From an uncultured Solirubrobacterales bacterium (GTDB taxonomy: Bacteria; Actinomycetota; Thermoleophilia; Solirubrobacterales; JBBDJG01): DNA of 64,000 nucleotides. A program made the position numbers and the translations under genes. Shown here one piece after another: positions 36,495-46,453 of this stretch (positions are counted from its first letter, which is position 1; each line of letters opens with the position of its first letter). Under the pieces are notes generated by a model. That model saw only the letters and a program-made list of their open reading frames with translations, ran no database searches and was not told where the DNA came from. The DNA lies in the NCBI GenBank assembly GCA_963762195.1, contig CAVXJX010000006.1:71562-135561 (forward strand). The letters are read 5' to 3'.

Positions 36495-37117
36495 ATGAAG
36501 AACGACGTCGTAGACCCCTTTTCCAGGAGTACGGCAAGAGCGGCGTGTGGCTGGCAACGTTCTGGCTCGGCAGGCACGTCTACAAAGCCCCCACGGATCT
36601 CTGGGTGTATCAGGAGCTCCTCTACAAGACCCGGCCCGATTTGATCCTCGAGACCGGAACCCACTCGGGGGGAAGCGCCCTCTACCTGGCTTCGATGTGC
36701 GACCTGCTCGGAAAAGGCCGCATCGTCACGATCGACATCGACCCGCAGGACGACCTGCCGGTTCACCCGCGCATCAAGTACCTGACCGGCTCGTCCGTGG
36801 CGCCAGAGGTGCTCGCAGAGGTCCGGGATGAAGCGGCCGGTGAGGAGCGCGTGATGGTCATCCTGGACTCCGACCACACGAAGGACCACGTGCTCGCCGA
36901 ATTGAAGGAGTACTCGCCCCTCGTGAGCGAGGGTTGCTACTTGATCGTCGAAGACACCAAGGTCGGGCGGATTCTGCCTGACTTCGGACCGGGCCCGGAC
37001 GAGGCAATCGACGAGTTCCTGAAAGAAAACGACTCCTTCGCGGTCGACCCGGTATGCGAAAAGTTCATGCTGACCTTCCAGCCGGGTGGGTACCTGCTGC
37101 GCCAGGCGCAGGACTAG
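36495..37117 (+). CDS. CmcI / cephalosporin-hydroxylase-family class I methyltransferase; 1-nt deletion in the T run at ~36520
   Basis: MKNDVVDPF.. (frame 0) joins ..QEYGKSGVWLATFWLGRHVYKAPTDLWVYQELLYKTRPDLILETGTHSGGSALYLA. Confidence 0.8.
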
Positions 37118-37276
37118 CGGAGGGCTCAACCCGCCCGCTGGCGCGGGTGCGACAGATGATGGTCGTACAACCGCAGAAAAGCCGCGCACCTGTGCGGGTG
37201 CCGCGCCCGGTTACGATCTTCCACGATGGAGGAGGTTGCCTGGACGACGGCCCCCTCCCCCCGGAGGCAACGCGCC

Positions 37277-39082
37277 CTACTTCGAATACATCGCGTCCAG
37301 CTCAGACGCGTACTTCTCGTTCACGACGTTCCGCTTGACCTTCAGCGTCGGCGTCAACTCGCCCGTCTCCTGCGTCAGGTCGTGCGGGAGGATCGTGAAC
37401 TTCTTGACCTCCTCCACGCGCGCGACCTTCTCGTTGACCTTGTCGACGGCCTCCTGGACCAGCGCGCGGACCTTCTCGTTCTGGGCCAGCGACGCCAGGT
37501 CGGTGTCCTCGATTCCCTGCTTCTGGGCCCACGGGACGATCTCTTCGGGGTCCAGCGTGATCAACGCGGACAGGAAAGGACGCCGGTCACCGTGCACGAC
37601 CGCCTGTGAGATGTACTGGTTTTGCTTGAGGCCGTTCTCGAGGTTCGCGGGCGTGATGTTCTTGCCGCCTGCCGTGATGATGATGTCCTTCTTGCGGCCG
37701 GTGATGTAGAGGAACCCGTCCTCGTCGATCGTGCCGATGTCGCCCGTGTGCAGCCACCCGTCGACGATCGTCTCGCTCGTCGCCTCGGGGTTCTTGTAGT
37801 AGCCGCGGAAGATGTTCGGTCCCTTGGCGAGGATCTCGCCGTCGTCGGCGATCTTGATCTCGACGCCGGGGAAAGGCTTGCCCACCGAGCCGAAGCGGAA
37901 TGCCTCGGCCGTGTTGCACGTGGCGGCGGTCGAGGTCTCGGTCATGCCCCAGCCTTCGAGCACGAGGACGCCGCAGGCGTAGAAGAACTCGAGGATCTCC
38001 TGCGCGATCGGTGCCGCACCCGTGACGGCCTGCTTGATCTGACCGCCGAAGATGTTGCGTACGTTCTGGAACAGAGCCGCGTCAGCCTGGTCGAACGCCT
38101 CCTGCAGCTCCGGTGGCACCGTCTCGCCACGGTCCTGCATCTGGCGCACCTTCGTGCCGAGCTTCACCGCCTGTTCGAGCTGCGCCTTGTCGGGCGCGGC
38201 CGAGATCGCCATCGAGTAGATCTTCTCGAACATGCGGGGCACCGATGGGAAGTAGGTCGGCTTCACCTCCATCAGGTTCGGGATGATCTTCGCGGCGTCG
38301 CGCTCCCAGTAGACGATCGTGGCGCCCACGTCGAGCGACCCGAGCTGGATCAGCCGGGCGAACGCGTGTGCGAGCGGCAGGAAGAGGTAGGCGACCTCGT
38401 CCTCCATGAGGACGTTTTGGGTCTGCACCATGTCGAGCATGTCGCGCCAGTTCTGGTGGTCGATCACGCAGCCCTTGGGCGGCCCGGTGGTGCCGGACGT
38501 GTAGATGTACGTGGCCACGTCTGAGCCCTGCACCGTTGCGATGCGCTGCTTGTAATCCTCGTCGGAGCGCGCCTTGCCCTTCTCACGCAGTTCGTCGAGG
38601 CTCATGGCGTCGTCGCCGTCGAGGGGCTCCATCGAGATCACGTGACGGAGGTTCGGCAGCTCGTCCCGGATCTTGCGGATCTTGTCGAGCTGGGACTGGT
38701 CCTCGAGGATCACCGCGACCGACTCGGAGTGCTCGAGCACGTAATGGCATTCCTCCGGCGAGTTGGTCTGGTAGATCGGCACGACCGTGGCGCCGGTGGC
38801 CAGGATCCCGAAGTCCGCGTAGGTCCACTCGGGCCGGGTGTTGGAGAGGATGCCGACCTTGTCGCCGCGGTCGATGCCGAGCTCCTGCAGCCCGAGCGTC
38901 ACCTCCTTCGCGATCTCACCGAGCTTTGGGTAGGAGACCTCGACCCATTCGCCCTTGGACTGGTCCTTGTACTTCTGGGCGACCTTGTCGGCGTGCTTCT
39001 CGACGGCCAGGGGCAGCAGGTCCGCGAGCGTCTTCGACCCGGTCGCCGCAGCGCTGGGGGTCGTGGCCGTCTGAGCCTCCAT
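37277..39082 (-). CDS. Long-chain acyl-CoA synthetase (AMP-forming, FadD-like)
   Basis: YIYTSGTTGPPKGCVIDH (AMP-binding P-loop), GWLHTGDIG, ITGRKKDIIITAGGKNI. A GAGGAGGA RBS precedes the ATG at 39082. Confidence 0.9.
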   Translation of the reverse strand: MEAQTATTPSAAATGSKTLADLLPLAVEKHADKVAQKYKDQSKGEWVEVSYPKLGEIAKEVTLGLQELGIDRGDKVGILSNTRPEWTYADFGILATGATVVPIYQTNSPEECHYVLEHSESVAVILEDQSQLDKIRKIRDELPNLRHVISMEPLDGDDAMSLDELREKGKARSDEDYKQRIATVQGSDVATYIYTSGTTGPPKGCVIDHQNWRDMLDMVQTQNVLMEDEVAYLFLPLAHAFARLIQLGSLDVGATIVYWERDAAKIIPNLMEVKPTYFPSVPRMFEKIYSMAISAAPDKAQLEQAVKLGTKVRQMQDRGETVPPELQEAFDQADAALFQNVRNIFGGQIKQAVTGAAPIAQEILEFFYACGVLVLEGWGMTETSTAATCNTAEAFRFGSVGKPFPGVEIKIADDGEILAKGPNIFRGYYKNPEATSETIVDGWLHTGDIGTIDEDGFLYITGRKKDIIITAGGKNITPANLENGLKQNQYISQAVVHGDRRPFLSALITLDPEEIVPWAQKQGIEDTDLASLAQNEKVRALVQEAVDKVNEKVARVEEVKKFTILPHDLTQETGELTPTLKVKRNVVNEKYASELDAMYSK

Positions 39083-39222
39083 CGTGTTCCTCCTCACCTC
39101 GGATCGGGGAGCCCTCGGCTCCCGCAAACTGGTGGCGATTGTAACCACCGGCAGGCGTGCTCACCGAGAGCCGCCGCCTGACGGTCCGCGGGAGTGTCCT
39201 GGCAGAGAAAGCCGGGTGGGGC

Positions 39223-39405
39223 CTAGGCCTGCGCCACCTGACCCTGGGATTGGTCCTGGATCTCCCGCAGGGAGGCCAGGAACAGGGTCTTGTCGATCTT
39301 GCCCTGGAAGATCGGCACCCCCAGCTCCATGCACTTCGAGATGACCTCACGGCGGTCCATGCCCGCTTCTTCTGCCAGCTCGGTAGGCGTCAGGTGATTA
39401 GCCAA
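39223..39405 (-). CDS. Small 60-aa protein resembling the IF2 N-terminal-type helical DNA/RNA-binding module
   Basis: LTPTELAEEAGMDRREVISKCMELGVPIFQGKI, good GC3 bias, divergent from the sigma-factor gene. Confidence 0.5.
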   Translation of the reverse strand: MANHLTPTELAEEAGMDRREVISKCMELGVPIFQGKIDKTLFLASLREIQDQSQGQVAQA

Positions 39406-39539
39406 TGCAAGTCCCCTCTCGTAGCTACAAACGCCTCTTATACCGCTCCAGACGGACGTGTCAAGCCTGACCTGGACGAAGATTCAGGTGCGGTCCAGGC
39501 GGGTGCGTACTAACGTTTCCTGGTGGGTATAGGAAATGG

Positions 39540-41285
39540 GTGGCGCGGGGAGCCCCGCCCATGCTCGATTGCTATCAGGAGGTAAGGGCCGCGGTGAAAC
39601 CGCTGCTGGCAGCTACAGCCACAGAGGCACCGGACGAGCAACTGGTCGCAGCCGCCCGCGAGGGCAGTGACCAGGCCTTCGAGGCGCTTTTCCTGCGCTA
39701 CCGGGACCGCGTGGTCGGCTACGTGCGCGGAATGGTGTCCGACCACGGTCGCGCCGAGGACATCGTCCAGGAGGCGTTCATGTCGGCCCTGCGCTCGCTG
39801 CGCCGCTCGGACCAGGACATCAATTTCCGGCCCTGGATCTACGAGATCGCGAAGAACGCCTGCATCGACCACCTTCGGCGCGCGCGCCGCGCCCAGGAGG
39901 TCTCGATCGACTCCGACGATTTCAGCCCGGTGGAGGAGAATCGCATCTCCCAGACGGCCAGCGGTACCGACGCCACCGTGGCGCGCAGGAATCAGCTCGA
40001 GTCCCTGCGCATGGCCTTCCACGACCTCCCTGCGACGCAGCACGAGATTCTTGTGATGAGGGAGCTGGAAGGGCTGTCCTACAACAGCATCGGCGACCGC
40101 ATGGGACTCACCCGGGGTGCCGTCGAAAGCCTGCTCTTCCGCGCCAGGCGCCGGCTGCGGGACGAGTTCGAGGAGATCGACACGGGTGCGCGCTGCCAGA
40201 GCATGAGGACGGCGATGGAGGGCATCTCCGACGAAGGCGCTCGAGCGCGCGACCGCCGGCGCCTGTCGAATCACCTGCGCGAATGCAAGCCATGCCGCCG
40301 CCACGCCGTCGCCATGGGCCTCGACTCCCTGGTCGTGGGCCTCGACCAGAGCCGCGCACGCCGCGCTGCACAGCGCGCGGCCGCCTTCCTGCCGCTGCCG
40401 GCGTTCCTGCGCCGCAGGCTGGAGGAGGCGTCGGGCGGGCTCGGACCCGCCACGCAGGTCGGACTGGAGCAGGGAGCCTCGCTCGCGGGCAAGGCCACCG
40501 CGGTTCTGATTGCGGCGGTCGTCGCCGCGGGTGGGGCCGGAGTGGCCCAGAAAGCTTCAGGCGGCGCGCTGCCGGGCGGGAACCTGCCCGTGGTAGGCGA
40601 CTCGGGCGGTTCGGGCGACTCGGGTGACGCCGGCGCTGGCCGGGGCAACTCGGGCGGCGACTCTGCCGGTGGCGGCGCAGGCGGCTCGAGCGGAGGCGGC
40701 GCTCAGGGTGCGGGCGGCGCTCCTGGAACCCCGGGCTCCGGGCCCGGCGGAGCAGCCGGCGACGCCGGCCCGGCCGGCCCGAGTGGACCCGCCGGTGGCG
40801 GTCCCGGCGCACTTCCCGGCAGCCTGGGCGGCCCGCTCGACGCAGCCGCTCCGGGAACCGGCAAGACCACCGGAGAGGCCGGCCGCATCGTCCAGGGGAT
40901 CCCGGGTGCCGCCGGCCTGGGGCGCACCGTCGAGTCCGTGGGCGGGGTCGCTGGCGTATCTCCAGGCAAGACGACGGACAAGCTCAAGAAGGGAGACGTC
41001 GGCGGCGTGACCAAGGATCTTGGCAACACCGTCAAGAACGCCCCGCAGGCGGTCACCAACGCTCCGAAGGCGGTCAAGGAGGTCACGAAGACGCTCCCCA
41101 AGCCATCGGTGAAGGTGCCCAATGAGATCAAGACTCCCGCCGGCGGCTCGGTGAAGACCGGCGAGGCGGGCAAGACCGGCCCGTCCGTAACGCCGCCCAA
41201 GACCCAGCTCCCGCTTCCGGCGCTGCCTCCCCTGCAGGGGCCCGTGCTGCCGAAGACCGGGCTCACCTCGGGCCTCGGGCTCTAG
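39540..41285 (+). CDS. ECF sigma-70 factor fused in frame to a zinc anti-sigma (ZAS) domain, a TM helix and a long Gly/Pro/Lys-rich tail
   Basis: Region 2: DIVQEAFMSALRSL...RPWIYEIAKNACIDHLRR. Region 4: ILVMRELEGLSYNSIGDRMGLTRGAVESLLFRARRRL. Then C-x25-HLRECKPC (HxxxCxxC), TM KATAVLIAAVVAAGGAGVA, and a low-complexity tail. An alternative start is the ATG at 39561. Confidence 0.8.
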   Translation: MARGAPPMLDCYQEVRAAVKPLLAATATEAPDEQLVAAAREGSDQAFEALFLRYRDRVVGYVRGMVSDHGRAEDIVQEAFMSALRSLRRSDQDINFRPWIYEIAKNACIDHLRRARRAQEVSIDSDDFSPVEENRISQTASGTDATVARRNQLESLRMAFHDLPATQHEILVMRELEGLSYNSIGDRMGLTRGAVESLLFRARRRLRDEFEEIDTGARCQSMRTAMEGISDEGARARDRRRLSNHLRECKPCRRHAVAMGLDSLVVGLDQSRARRAAQRAAAFLPLPAFLRRRLEEASGGLGPATQVGLEQGASLAGKATAVLIAAVVAAGGAGVAQKASGGALPGGNLPVVGDSGGSGDSGDAGAGRGNSGGDSAGGGAGGSSGGGAQGAGGAPGTPGSGPGGAAGDAGPAGPSGPAGGGPGALPGSLGGPLDAAAPGTGKTTGEAGRIVQGIPGAAGLGRTVESVGGVAGVSPGKTTDKLKKGDVGGVTKDLGNTVKNAPQAVTNAPKAVKEVTKTLPKPSVKVPNEIKTPAGGSVKTGEAGKTGPSVTPPKTQLPLPALPPLQGPVLPKTGLTSGLGL

Positions 41286-41318
41286 CCCTCCGCGGCGATA
41301 CAGGTACGCTGCGCTCCG

Positions 41319-41561
41319 ATGGAGGGGCGCAAGAGCGACACCTTTCTCGAGTCCCTCATGGACACGAGCCTCTACTCGATGGGGGCGTATTTCTCGGACC
41401 AGCATCCCGAGCTCGTCGACGAGGTGATCTCGCAAAGCCAGGCGATCGAGGAACAGGGCATCGCGTCCTTTGCCGATGCCAACGGCCTCACGCTGGAGCA
41501 GTGCTTCGAGACGCTGATGACAGGCCTGGCCGTGCGCTACTACAAGGCCGTCGCGAGCTGA
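41319..41561 (+). CDS. Small acidic hypothetical protein (80 aa)
   Basis: Strong GC3 codon bias and 33 nt downstream of the sigma fusion on the same strand. I recognise no family. Confidence 0.45.
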   Translation: MEGRKSDTFLESLMDTSLYSMGAYFSDQHPELVDEVISQSQAIEEQGIASFADANGLTLEQCFETLMTGLAVRYYKAVAS

Positions 41562-41597
41562 CGGCGTCGAGTCTCTAGGATTCAGCCCGGAACACCT

Positions 41598-41671
41598 CGG
41601 GGCGTAGCGCAGCCTGGTAGCGCGCACCGTTCGGGTCGGTGAGGTCCCCGGTTCGAATCCGGGCGCCCCGA
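41598..41671 (+). tRNA. tRNA-Pro (anticodon CGG), 74 nt, CCA not encoded
   Basis: Manual fold: acceptor CGGGGCG/CGCCCCG, D arm GCGC-AGCCTGGTA-GCGC, anticodon arm CACCG-TTCGGGT-CGGTG, T arm CCCGG-TTCGAAT-CCGGG, discriminator A. Confidence 0.93.
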
Positions 41672-42538
41672 TTAGTTACGTGACTGCGGCAGCTTGGCTG
41701 CCCCCCGCCTGACCACCGGAGCGGAGGGCGGCGGCACGACCGGCCCGACGTCCCCGTCCGGCGCCTCGTCCAGGTCGACGATCACCGGTGCGTGATCGCT
41801 TGGGCCCTTGCCCTTGCGGGCCTGCCGGTCTATCCATGCCGCCCGTACGCGGCCGGCGACGGAGCCGCTGGCCAGCACCAGGTCGATTCGCATGCCGAGG
41901 TCCTGATGGAACATTCCCGCCCGGTAGTCCCAGTAGCTGAACACCCGCTCGTCCGGCCAGCGGTCGCGCACGACGTCACGCAGGCCCAGCGCCTGTAGCT
42001 CCGCCAGGGCCGCACGCTCGGGAGCCGTTACATGGGTCTGGCCGACGTAGGCGTCCGGATCGAACACATCGTCGTCTGTCGGCGCGATGTTCATGTCGCC
42101 ACATACGACCGTCGCCTCCGGGCCCGCGGCAACCATCTCCCGCAGCGAGGCAAGCCACGCGAGCTTGTATTGGTAGTGCTCGGAGTCCGGCACCCGCCCG
42201 TTCGGGACGTACACGGAGACCACTCGGATCCCGCCACATGTAGCGGAGACCGCGCGCGCCTCTGGATGCGGGAAGCCGGGCGCACCGGCAAGTCCCATCG
42301 CCACGTCGTCCAGTCCCACACGCGAAAGGATCGCCACCCCGTTCCACGTCGCCTCGCCGTGAGCTGCGACGGCGTAGCCACGGTCGGCGAGCTCTGTGCC
42401 GAGCAGGTCGGCGAACGCGTCGTCTGCGAGCTTGGTTTCTTGCAGGCAGACCACATCCGGCAGGCGCTGGTCCAGCCAGGGCAGCAGCCGGGGCACGCGC
42501 TGCTTGACAGAGTTGACGTTCCAGGTTGCGATGCGCAC
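41672..42538 (-). CDS. xthA: Exodeoxyribonuclease III (GTG start)
   Basis: VRIATWNVNSVKQR...VVCLQETK, GDMNIAP, SDHAPV. Confidence 0.9.
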   Translation of the reverse strand: MRIATWNVNSVKQRVPRLLPWLDQRLPDVVCLQETKLADDAFADLLGTELADRGYAVAAHGEATWNGVAILSRVGLDDVAMGLAGAPGFPHPEARAVSATCGGIRVVSVYVPNGRVPDSEHYQYKLAWLASLREMVAAGPEATVVCGDMNIAPTDDDVFDPDAYVGQTHVTAPERAALAELQALGLRDVVRDRWPDERVFSYWDYRAGMFHQDLGMRIDLVLASGSVAGRVRAAWIDRQARKGKGPSDHAPVIVDLDEAPDGDVGPVVPPPSAPVVRRGAAKLPQSRN

Positions 42539-42546
42539 CAGTGGCC

Positions 42547-43119
42547 CTAGAAGGCCTCGGCGAGCAGCACGATCGACCCGAACACGAAGGCCACGGCCGC
42601 GATGATCGCAACGACGCGCGTCGGCGGCCCGCCGTGGATCCCGGTCTCGTGCACGGCCACATGGCCTTTGCCGCGCGCGATCAGCCAGCGGTTCACCGGG
42701 TAGGCGAACATCCCGGCGACGACGAGCGCCACCGAGAGGGTGCCCCAGAACAGGACGTCGCCGACGCCGGCCTCGAGCGCACCCGGGACGGCGAGGATGA
42801 TCGCGTTGTCGACGATTTCCATGACCGCGATGCTGAGGGTGTCCGAGGCCAGCGCGATCGACACCACGGCGCCGAGCGCGAGGCCGGCGCGCAGGAGCGG
42901 GAGGCTGGTGAGCGCGTAGCCGAACAGAAACGCGAGGGTCACGGCGAGCGCCACGGTGCCCCATTCCGAAAAGCCGAGCGCGGTGCCGATCACCATCCCG
43001 GTGATCTCGCCCAGCGCACATCCGGTGAGGCAGTGCAGCGTGGCGCTGAAGGCGACCGCGTCGAGCTCCCGGCCCGAGGTCGGCATCTCGTGATGGTGCT
43101 CGTGGGCGTGTGCGTCCAT
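42547..43119 (-). CDS. DUF4396-like membrane protein with a His-rich N-terminus
   Basis: MDAHAHEHHHE..., LHCLTGCALGE, then four TM helices. Confidence 0.7.
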   Translation of the reverse strand: MDAHAHEHHHEMPTSGRELDAVAFSATLHCLTGCALGEITGMVIGTALGFSEWGTVALAVTLAFLFGYALTSLPLLRAGLALGAVVSIALASDTLSIAVMEIVDNAIILAVPGALEAGVGDVLFWGTLSVALVVAGMFAYPVNRWLIARGKGHVAVHETGIHGGPPTRVVAIIAAVAFVFGSIVLLAEAF

Positions 43120-43135
43120 GGCGAGAACAGAAAGT

Positions 43136-44239
43136 CTATGAGCGGGTGCGTGCGGCGGAAGCAGCCTGCGGCGCCGCGGCGAGACCGGCCCGCACAGCGT
43201 CTGCCACCCGGTTCATCGCCGCGCGCGCGGCGCGCCCGGTTTCCGCCCCGTGCGTAAAGCCGTGGATCAGTCCGGGCTCGCGCATCGTCGTGACCTGCAC
43301 GCCGGCATCGCGCAGGAGCCCCGCGTAGTCCTCGCCCTCGTCGCGCAGCACGTCGAACCCGGCCGTGACGACGTGCGCAGGGGCCAACCCGGACAGGTTC
43401 GAGGCGAGGATCGGCGACGCCCGCGGATCGCTCGCTGCCGTCTCGTCGGGAAGGTAGTGGTCGCGGTACCAGTCCATCTGGCGCTCGGTCAGGAAGAACC
43501 CCTCGCTGAACAGCCGGTAGGACTCGCGCTTGCGCGTCAGGTCGGTGACGGGGTAGATCAGGAGCTGGAACGCCGGGGAGGGGCCGTCCTCGATCGTGAG
43601 CAGCCGCGCCGACGCGGCGGCCAGGTTGCCGCCCGCGCTGTCCCCGCCGACCCCCACACGTGCTGGGTCGGCTCCGAAGCGTGGTGCTTCCGCGATCGCG
43701 TGGCGGACAGCGGCAACCGCGTCTTCGACCGCGGCTGGGAACGGGTGCTCCGGCGCGAGCCGGTAGTCCACCGACAAAACCCGCACACCAGCGTGCTGCG
43801 CGAGGAACCGGCACGGCTGGTCGTGGGTATCGAGGTCTCCGACGACCCATCCGCCGCCGTGCAGGTACACGAGCAAGGGCGCCGGCGAGGGAAGGTTCGC
43901 GCGGGAGTAGAGGCGTGCGGCCATCGCTCCACCGGGGCCGGGAACCTCGACCTCCTCGACCTGTCCGATGGGAATCGTCGCGCCTGAGTACAGGGCTGCC
44001 TCCCGCCTGATTTCGGCACGCGCCTCGGCGACCGGCAGGTCTTCGAAGGCGGACCGGCCCGACAGCTTCAGCAGCCTGAGCGTGAGCTGGACCTCGGGCT
44101 CCAGCTGCTGTCCGTCGATGCGGATCGGTCGTGGTCCGCCGAGCACTTGCTGCGCGCGTGGCGGCAGTGCGCTGAGGCCGCGCACCAGCAGGCTCTCGAA
44201 CCCGTCGCGGGAGAGGATTCGCAGGCCGCTCATGTCCAC
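43136..44239 (-). CDS. Alpha/beta hydrolase, hormone-sensitive-lipase-type esterase
   Basis: [13 protein letters not shown] (HGGG oxyanion motif) and GGDSAGGNL (GDSAG nucleophile elbow). Confidence 0.85.
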   Translation of the reverse strand: MDMSGLRILSRDGFESLLVRGLSALPPRAQQVLGGPRPIRIDGQQLEPEVQLTLRLLKLSGRSAFEDLPVAEARAEIRREAALYSGATIPIGQVEEVEVPGPGGAMAARLYSRANLPSPAPLLVYLHGGGWVVGDLDTHDQPCRFLAQHAGVRVLSVDYRLAPEHPFPAAVEDAVAAVRHAIAEAPRFGADPARVGVGGDSAGGNLAAASARLLTIEDGPSPAFQLLIYPVTDLTRKRESYRLFSEGFFLTERQMDWYRDHYLPDETAASDPRASPILASNLSGLAPAHVVTAGFDVLRDEGEDYAGLLRDAGVQVTTMREPGLIHGFTHGAETGRAARAAMNRVADAVRAGLAAAPQAASAARTRS

Positions 44240-44296
44240 AAGCCTATGCGCTCGCTCTCGCTAGGATCTTCGTCCCCGGAAAAAAGGAGCCCGCCC

Positions 44297-44899
44297 ATGC
44301 CCTACAGCGTTCCCGATCTGCCGTACGACTACAACGCGCTCGAGCCGCACATCGACGAGGCGACGATGCGCGTGCACCACGACAAGCACCACCAGGCATA
44401 CGTCGACAAGGCGAATGCTGCGCTCGAGGGCACGGAGTGGGCCGACAAGCCCGCCGAGGAGGTGCTGAAGAACCTCGACAAGCTCGGCGACAAGGCAACC
44501 GCGGTGCGAAACAACGGCGGTGGCCACTACAACCACTCGCTGTTCTGGGAGTGGATGAGCCCGGACGGCGGGGGCGAGCCCAGCGGGGACCTCGCAAGCG
44601 CGATCGAGTCCGCGTTCGGCTCCTTCTCCAGCTTCAAGGACGAGCTCAAGACCGCGGGGGTCAACCGTTTCGGCTCCGGCTGGTCGTGGCTGGTGCACGA
44701 CGGCAGTGGGCTCGCGGTCGTGTCCACCGCCAATCAGGACAACCCGATCTCCGACGGTCAGACGCCGCTGCTGGGCGTGGACGTGTGGGAGCACGCGTAC
44801 TACCTGAAGTACCAGAACAAGCGCCCGGACTACATCGACGCGTGGTGGAACGTCGTGAACTGGCCGAAGGTGGCCGAGGGGTACGCCGCCGTTAGTTAG
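44297..44899 (+). CDS. sodA: Fe/Mn superoxide dismutase
   Basis: [21 protein letters not shown] and [17 protein letters not shown]. An AAGGAG RBS precedes the ATG at 44297. Confidence 0.95.
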   Translation: MPYSVPDLPYDYNALEPHIDEATMRVHHDKHHQAYVDKANAALEGTEWADKPAEEVLKNLDKLGDKATAVRNNGGGHYNHSLFWEWMSPDGGGEPSGDLASAIESAFGSFSSFKDELKTAGVNRFGSGWSWLVHDGSGLAVVSTANQDNPISDGQTPLLGVDVWEHAYYLKYQNKRPDYIDAWWNVVNWPKVAEGYAAVS

Positions 44900-45806
44900 A
44901 CGGCTGCTGCTCCAGGAAGTTTCTGACGAGGCGCGCCGTCTCGTCCGGCTTCTCGACGTGCGGTGAGTGCCCGGCTCCGTCCATCAGGACGATGCGCGCG
45001 CCCGGCACGACGCGGTACTCCTGCGCCGACTTCGGCTCCGCGATCTCGTCCTGCGACCCGAAGATCACGAGCAGGGGGACGGGGATGCGTTCGTCGGACA
45101 GCCGCTCGTCCAGCCCTCCGCCCTCGCGGTAGTCGTCGGCCGCTGCGCGCGAATCGTCATAGGACGTGTAGGTCATGTCCCGGAAGTCGTCGACGAAGCG
45201 GTCCGGGACGTCGAACCCGTCGGCGAACGCCGACTCGAGGCCTTTGCGGATCATGCTGTCCGGGACGACACGGCGGATCGCTTGGCCGAGGACCGGTACG
45301 AACCCGAGGCGCGCCGTGAACGGCAGCTGTCCGTCGTCCTTGTCCGGGCCCGTGTCGAGGATCACGAACGAGGCGACCAGCTGCCGGCGGAGCTCGACCA
45401 GCGCGGTCCCCACGGCACCGCCCATCGAATGGCCGATGATGGTTGCTCTGCGCACCCCCAGGCGGTTCAGTGCGTCGCTGACACGACGCGCTTGCTCCTC
45501 CATTCCGTAGCCCTCGCGCGGCTTCTCCGAGCCGCCGTGGCCGAGCAGGTCGAACGTGATCACGTGGTGATCGCGGGCCAGTGCCGGGATCATGTCCTCC
45601 CACCAGCCGATCGAGCATGCGAAACCGTGCAGCAGGACGATGTTGGGGGCGTCGCGCGGTCCGTCCTCGCGCACCTGGAGGTCCCCGCCGGGAAGGTCGA
45701 TCACGCGACCGGCGTCAGCCTTGGCCGGCTCAGTGTCGCGGTTCGTCACGACCGTGTTCACAGCGAGCAGTACGGCGAGCACGGCGAGTACAGCGAGGCG
45801 GCGCAT
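44892..45806 (-). CDS. Secreted or lipid-anchored alpha/beta hydrolase
   Basis: Signal-like N-terminus, LLHGF and GHSMGG (GxSxG). Confidence 0.85.
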   Translation of the reverse strand: MRRLAVLAVLAVLLAVNTVVTNRDTEPAKADAGRVIDLPGGDLQVREDGPRDAPNIVLLHGFACSIGWWEDMIPALARDHHVITFDLLGHGGSEKPREGYGMEEQARRVSDALNRLGVRRATIIGHSMGGAVGTALVELRRQLVASFVILDTGPDKDDGQLPFTARLGFVPVLGQAIRRVVPDSMIRKGLESAFADGFDVPDRFVDDFRDMTYTSYDDSRAAADDYREGGGLDERLSDERIPVPLLVIFGSQDEIAEPKSAQEYRVVPGARIVLMDGAGHSPHVEKPDETARLVRNFLEQQPSN

Positions 45807-45823
45807 GCCGCAAAGCTACCGGC

Positions 45824-46387
45824 TCATGCGGGGAACCTCTCGGCGTAGTCCTCCGGCTCGACGCCGAGGGCATTCGCGGCGAAGGAGACCAGGTGGTAGA
45901 AGCCGACCGTCGCGACCAGCTCGACCAGCTCCGGCGACGCCCACTCGGCGGCGAGCTTGGACCACAGCGTGTCGGAGACGGTCCCCGCGTCGTGGAGCTC
46001 GTCGACGAGGCGCACCAGCAGCGACTGGCGCTCCGACCACACGGGGTCGTTCGCGGCGCCGTGCACGGTGGCGCGCAGCTGCGCGTCGGTGAGGCCCAGC
46101 GGCCGCCCGAAGGCGACGACGTGCACGCCCCATTCGTACTCGCAGCCGTTGCGGGCCGTCGTGCGGTGGATCACGATCTCGCGCTCGAGGGGCTCGATCA
46201 GCCCGAAGTTGAGGATGTAGGCGCCGATCGTGCGGAAGCGCTCGAGGATGGCAGGGTTGTGGGCGACGGTCCTGAACAGCTTGAGCGGCTCCACGCCGGG
46301 CGGCATCATCCGGCGCAGCGTTTCGCCGACCTCGGGGTCGTACGGCGCCTCGATGGGCTGCACTCGCGGTGTTGTCTTCGTGGTCAT
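45824..46387 (-). CDS. Carboxymuconolactone decarboxylase / AhpD-like family protein
   Basis: REIVIHRTTARNGCEYEWGVH is typical of the CMD fold. Confidence 0.8.
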   Translation of the reverse strand: MTTKTTPRVQPIEAPYDPEVGETLRRMMPPGVEPLKLFRTVAHNPAILERFRTIGAYILNFGLIEPLEREIVIHRTTARNGCEYEWGVHVVAFGRPLGLTDAQLRATVHGAANDPVWSERQSLLVRLVDELHDAGTVSDTLWSKLAAEWASPELVELVATVGFYHLVSFAANALGVEPEDYAERFPA

Positions 46388-46402
46388 GAGATGCCTCCTG
46401 TA

Positions 46403-46421
46403 CGCTTCGATAATCGAAGCG
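46403..46421. promoter_or_regulatory. Perfect 19-bp palindrome CGCTTCGATAATCGAAGCG in the divergent CMD/HxlR intergenic region, with a related half-palindrome CTTCGGAAATCGAAG at 46433-46447
   Basis: Read directly. The position fits a dimeric wHTH operator. Confidence 0.5.
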
Positions 46422-46453
46422 CGAGACTATCACTTCGGAAATCGAAGCACCAG

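Noticed and set aside
41242-41285. LPKTG motif eight residues before the C-terminus of the sigma/anti-sigma fusion protein, suggestive of sortase anchoring.
   Set aside because: No hydrophobic segment or positively charged tail follows it (only LTSGLGL and then the stop). Neither alternative frame downstream supplies one. It probably arises by chance in a Pro/Lys/Thr/Gly-rich tail.
41598-42600. tRNA-Pro as a possible integration site for a mobile element.
   Set aside because: No integrase, direct repeat of the tRNA 3' end, or compositional break was seen. The adjacent genes (xthA, sodA, hydrolases) look like ordinary chromosomal genes.
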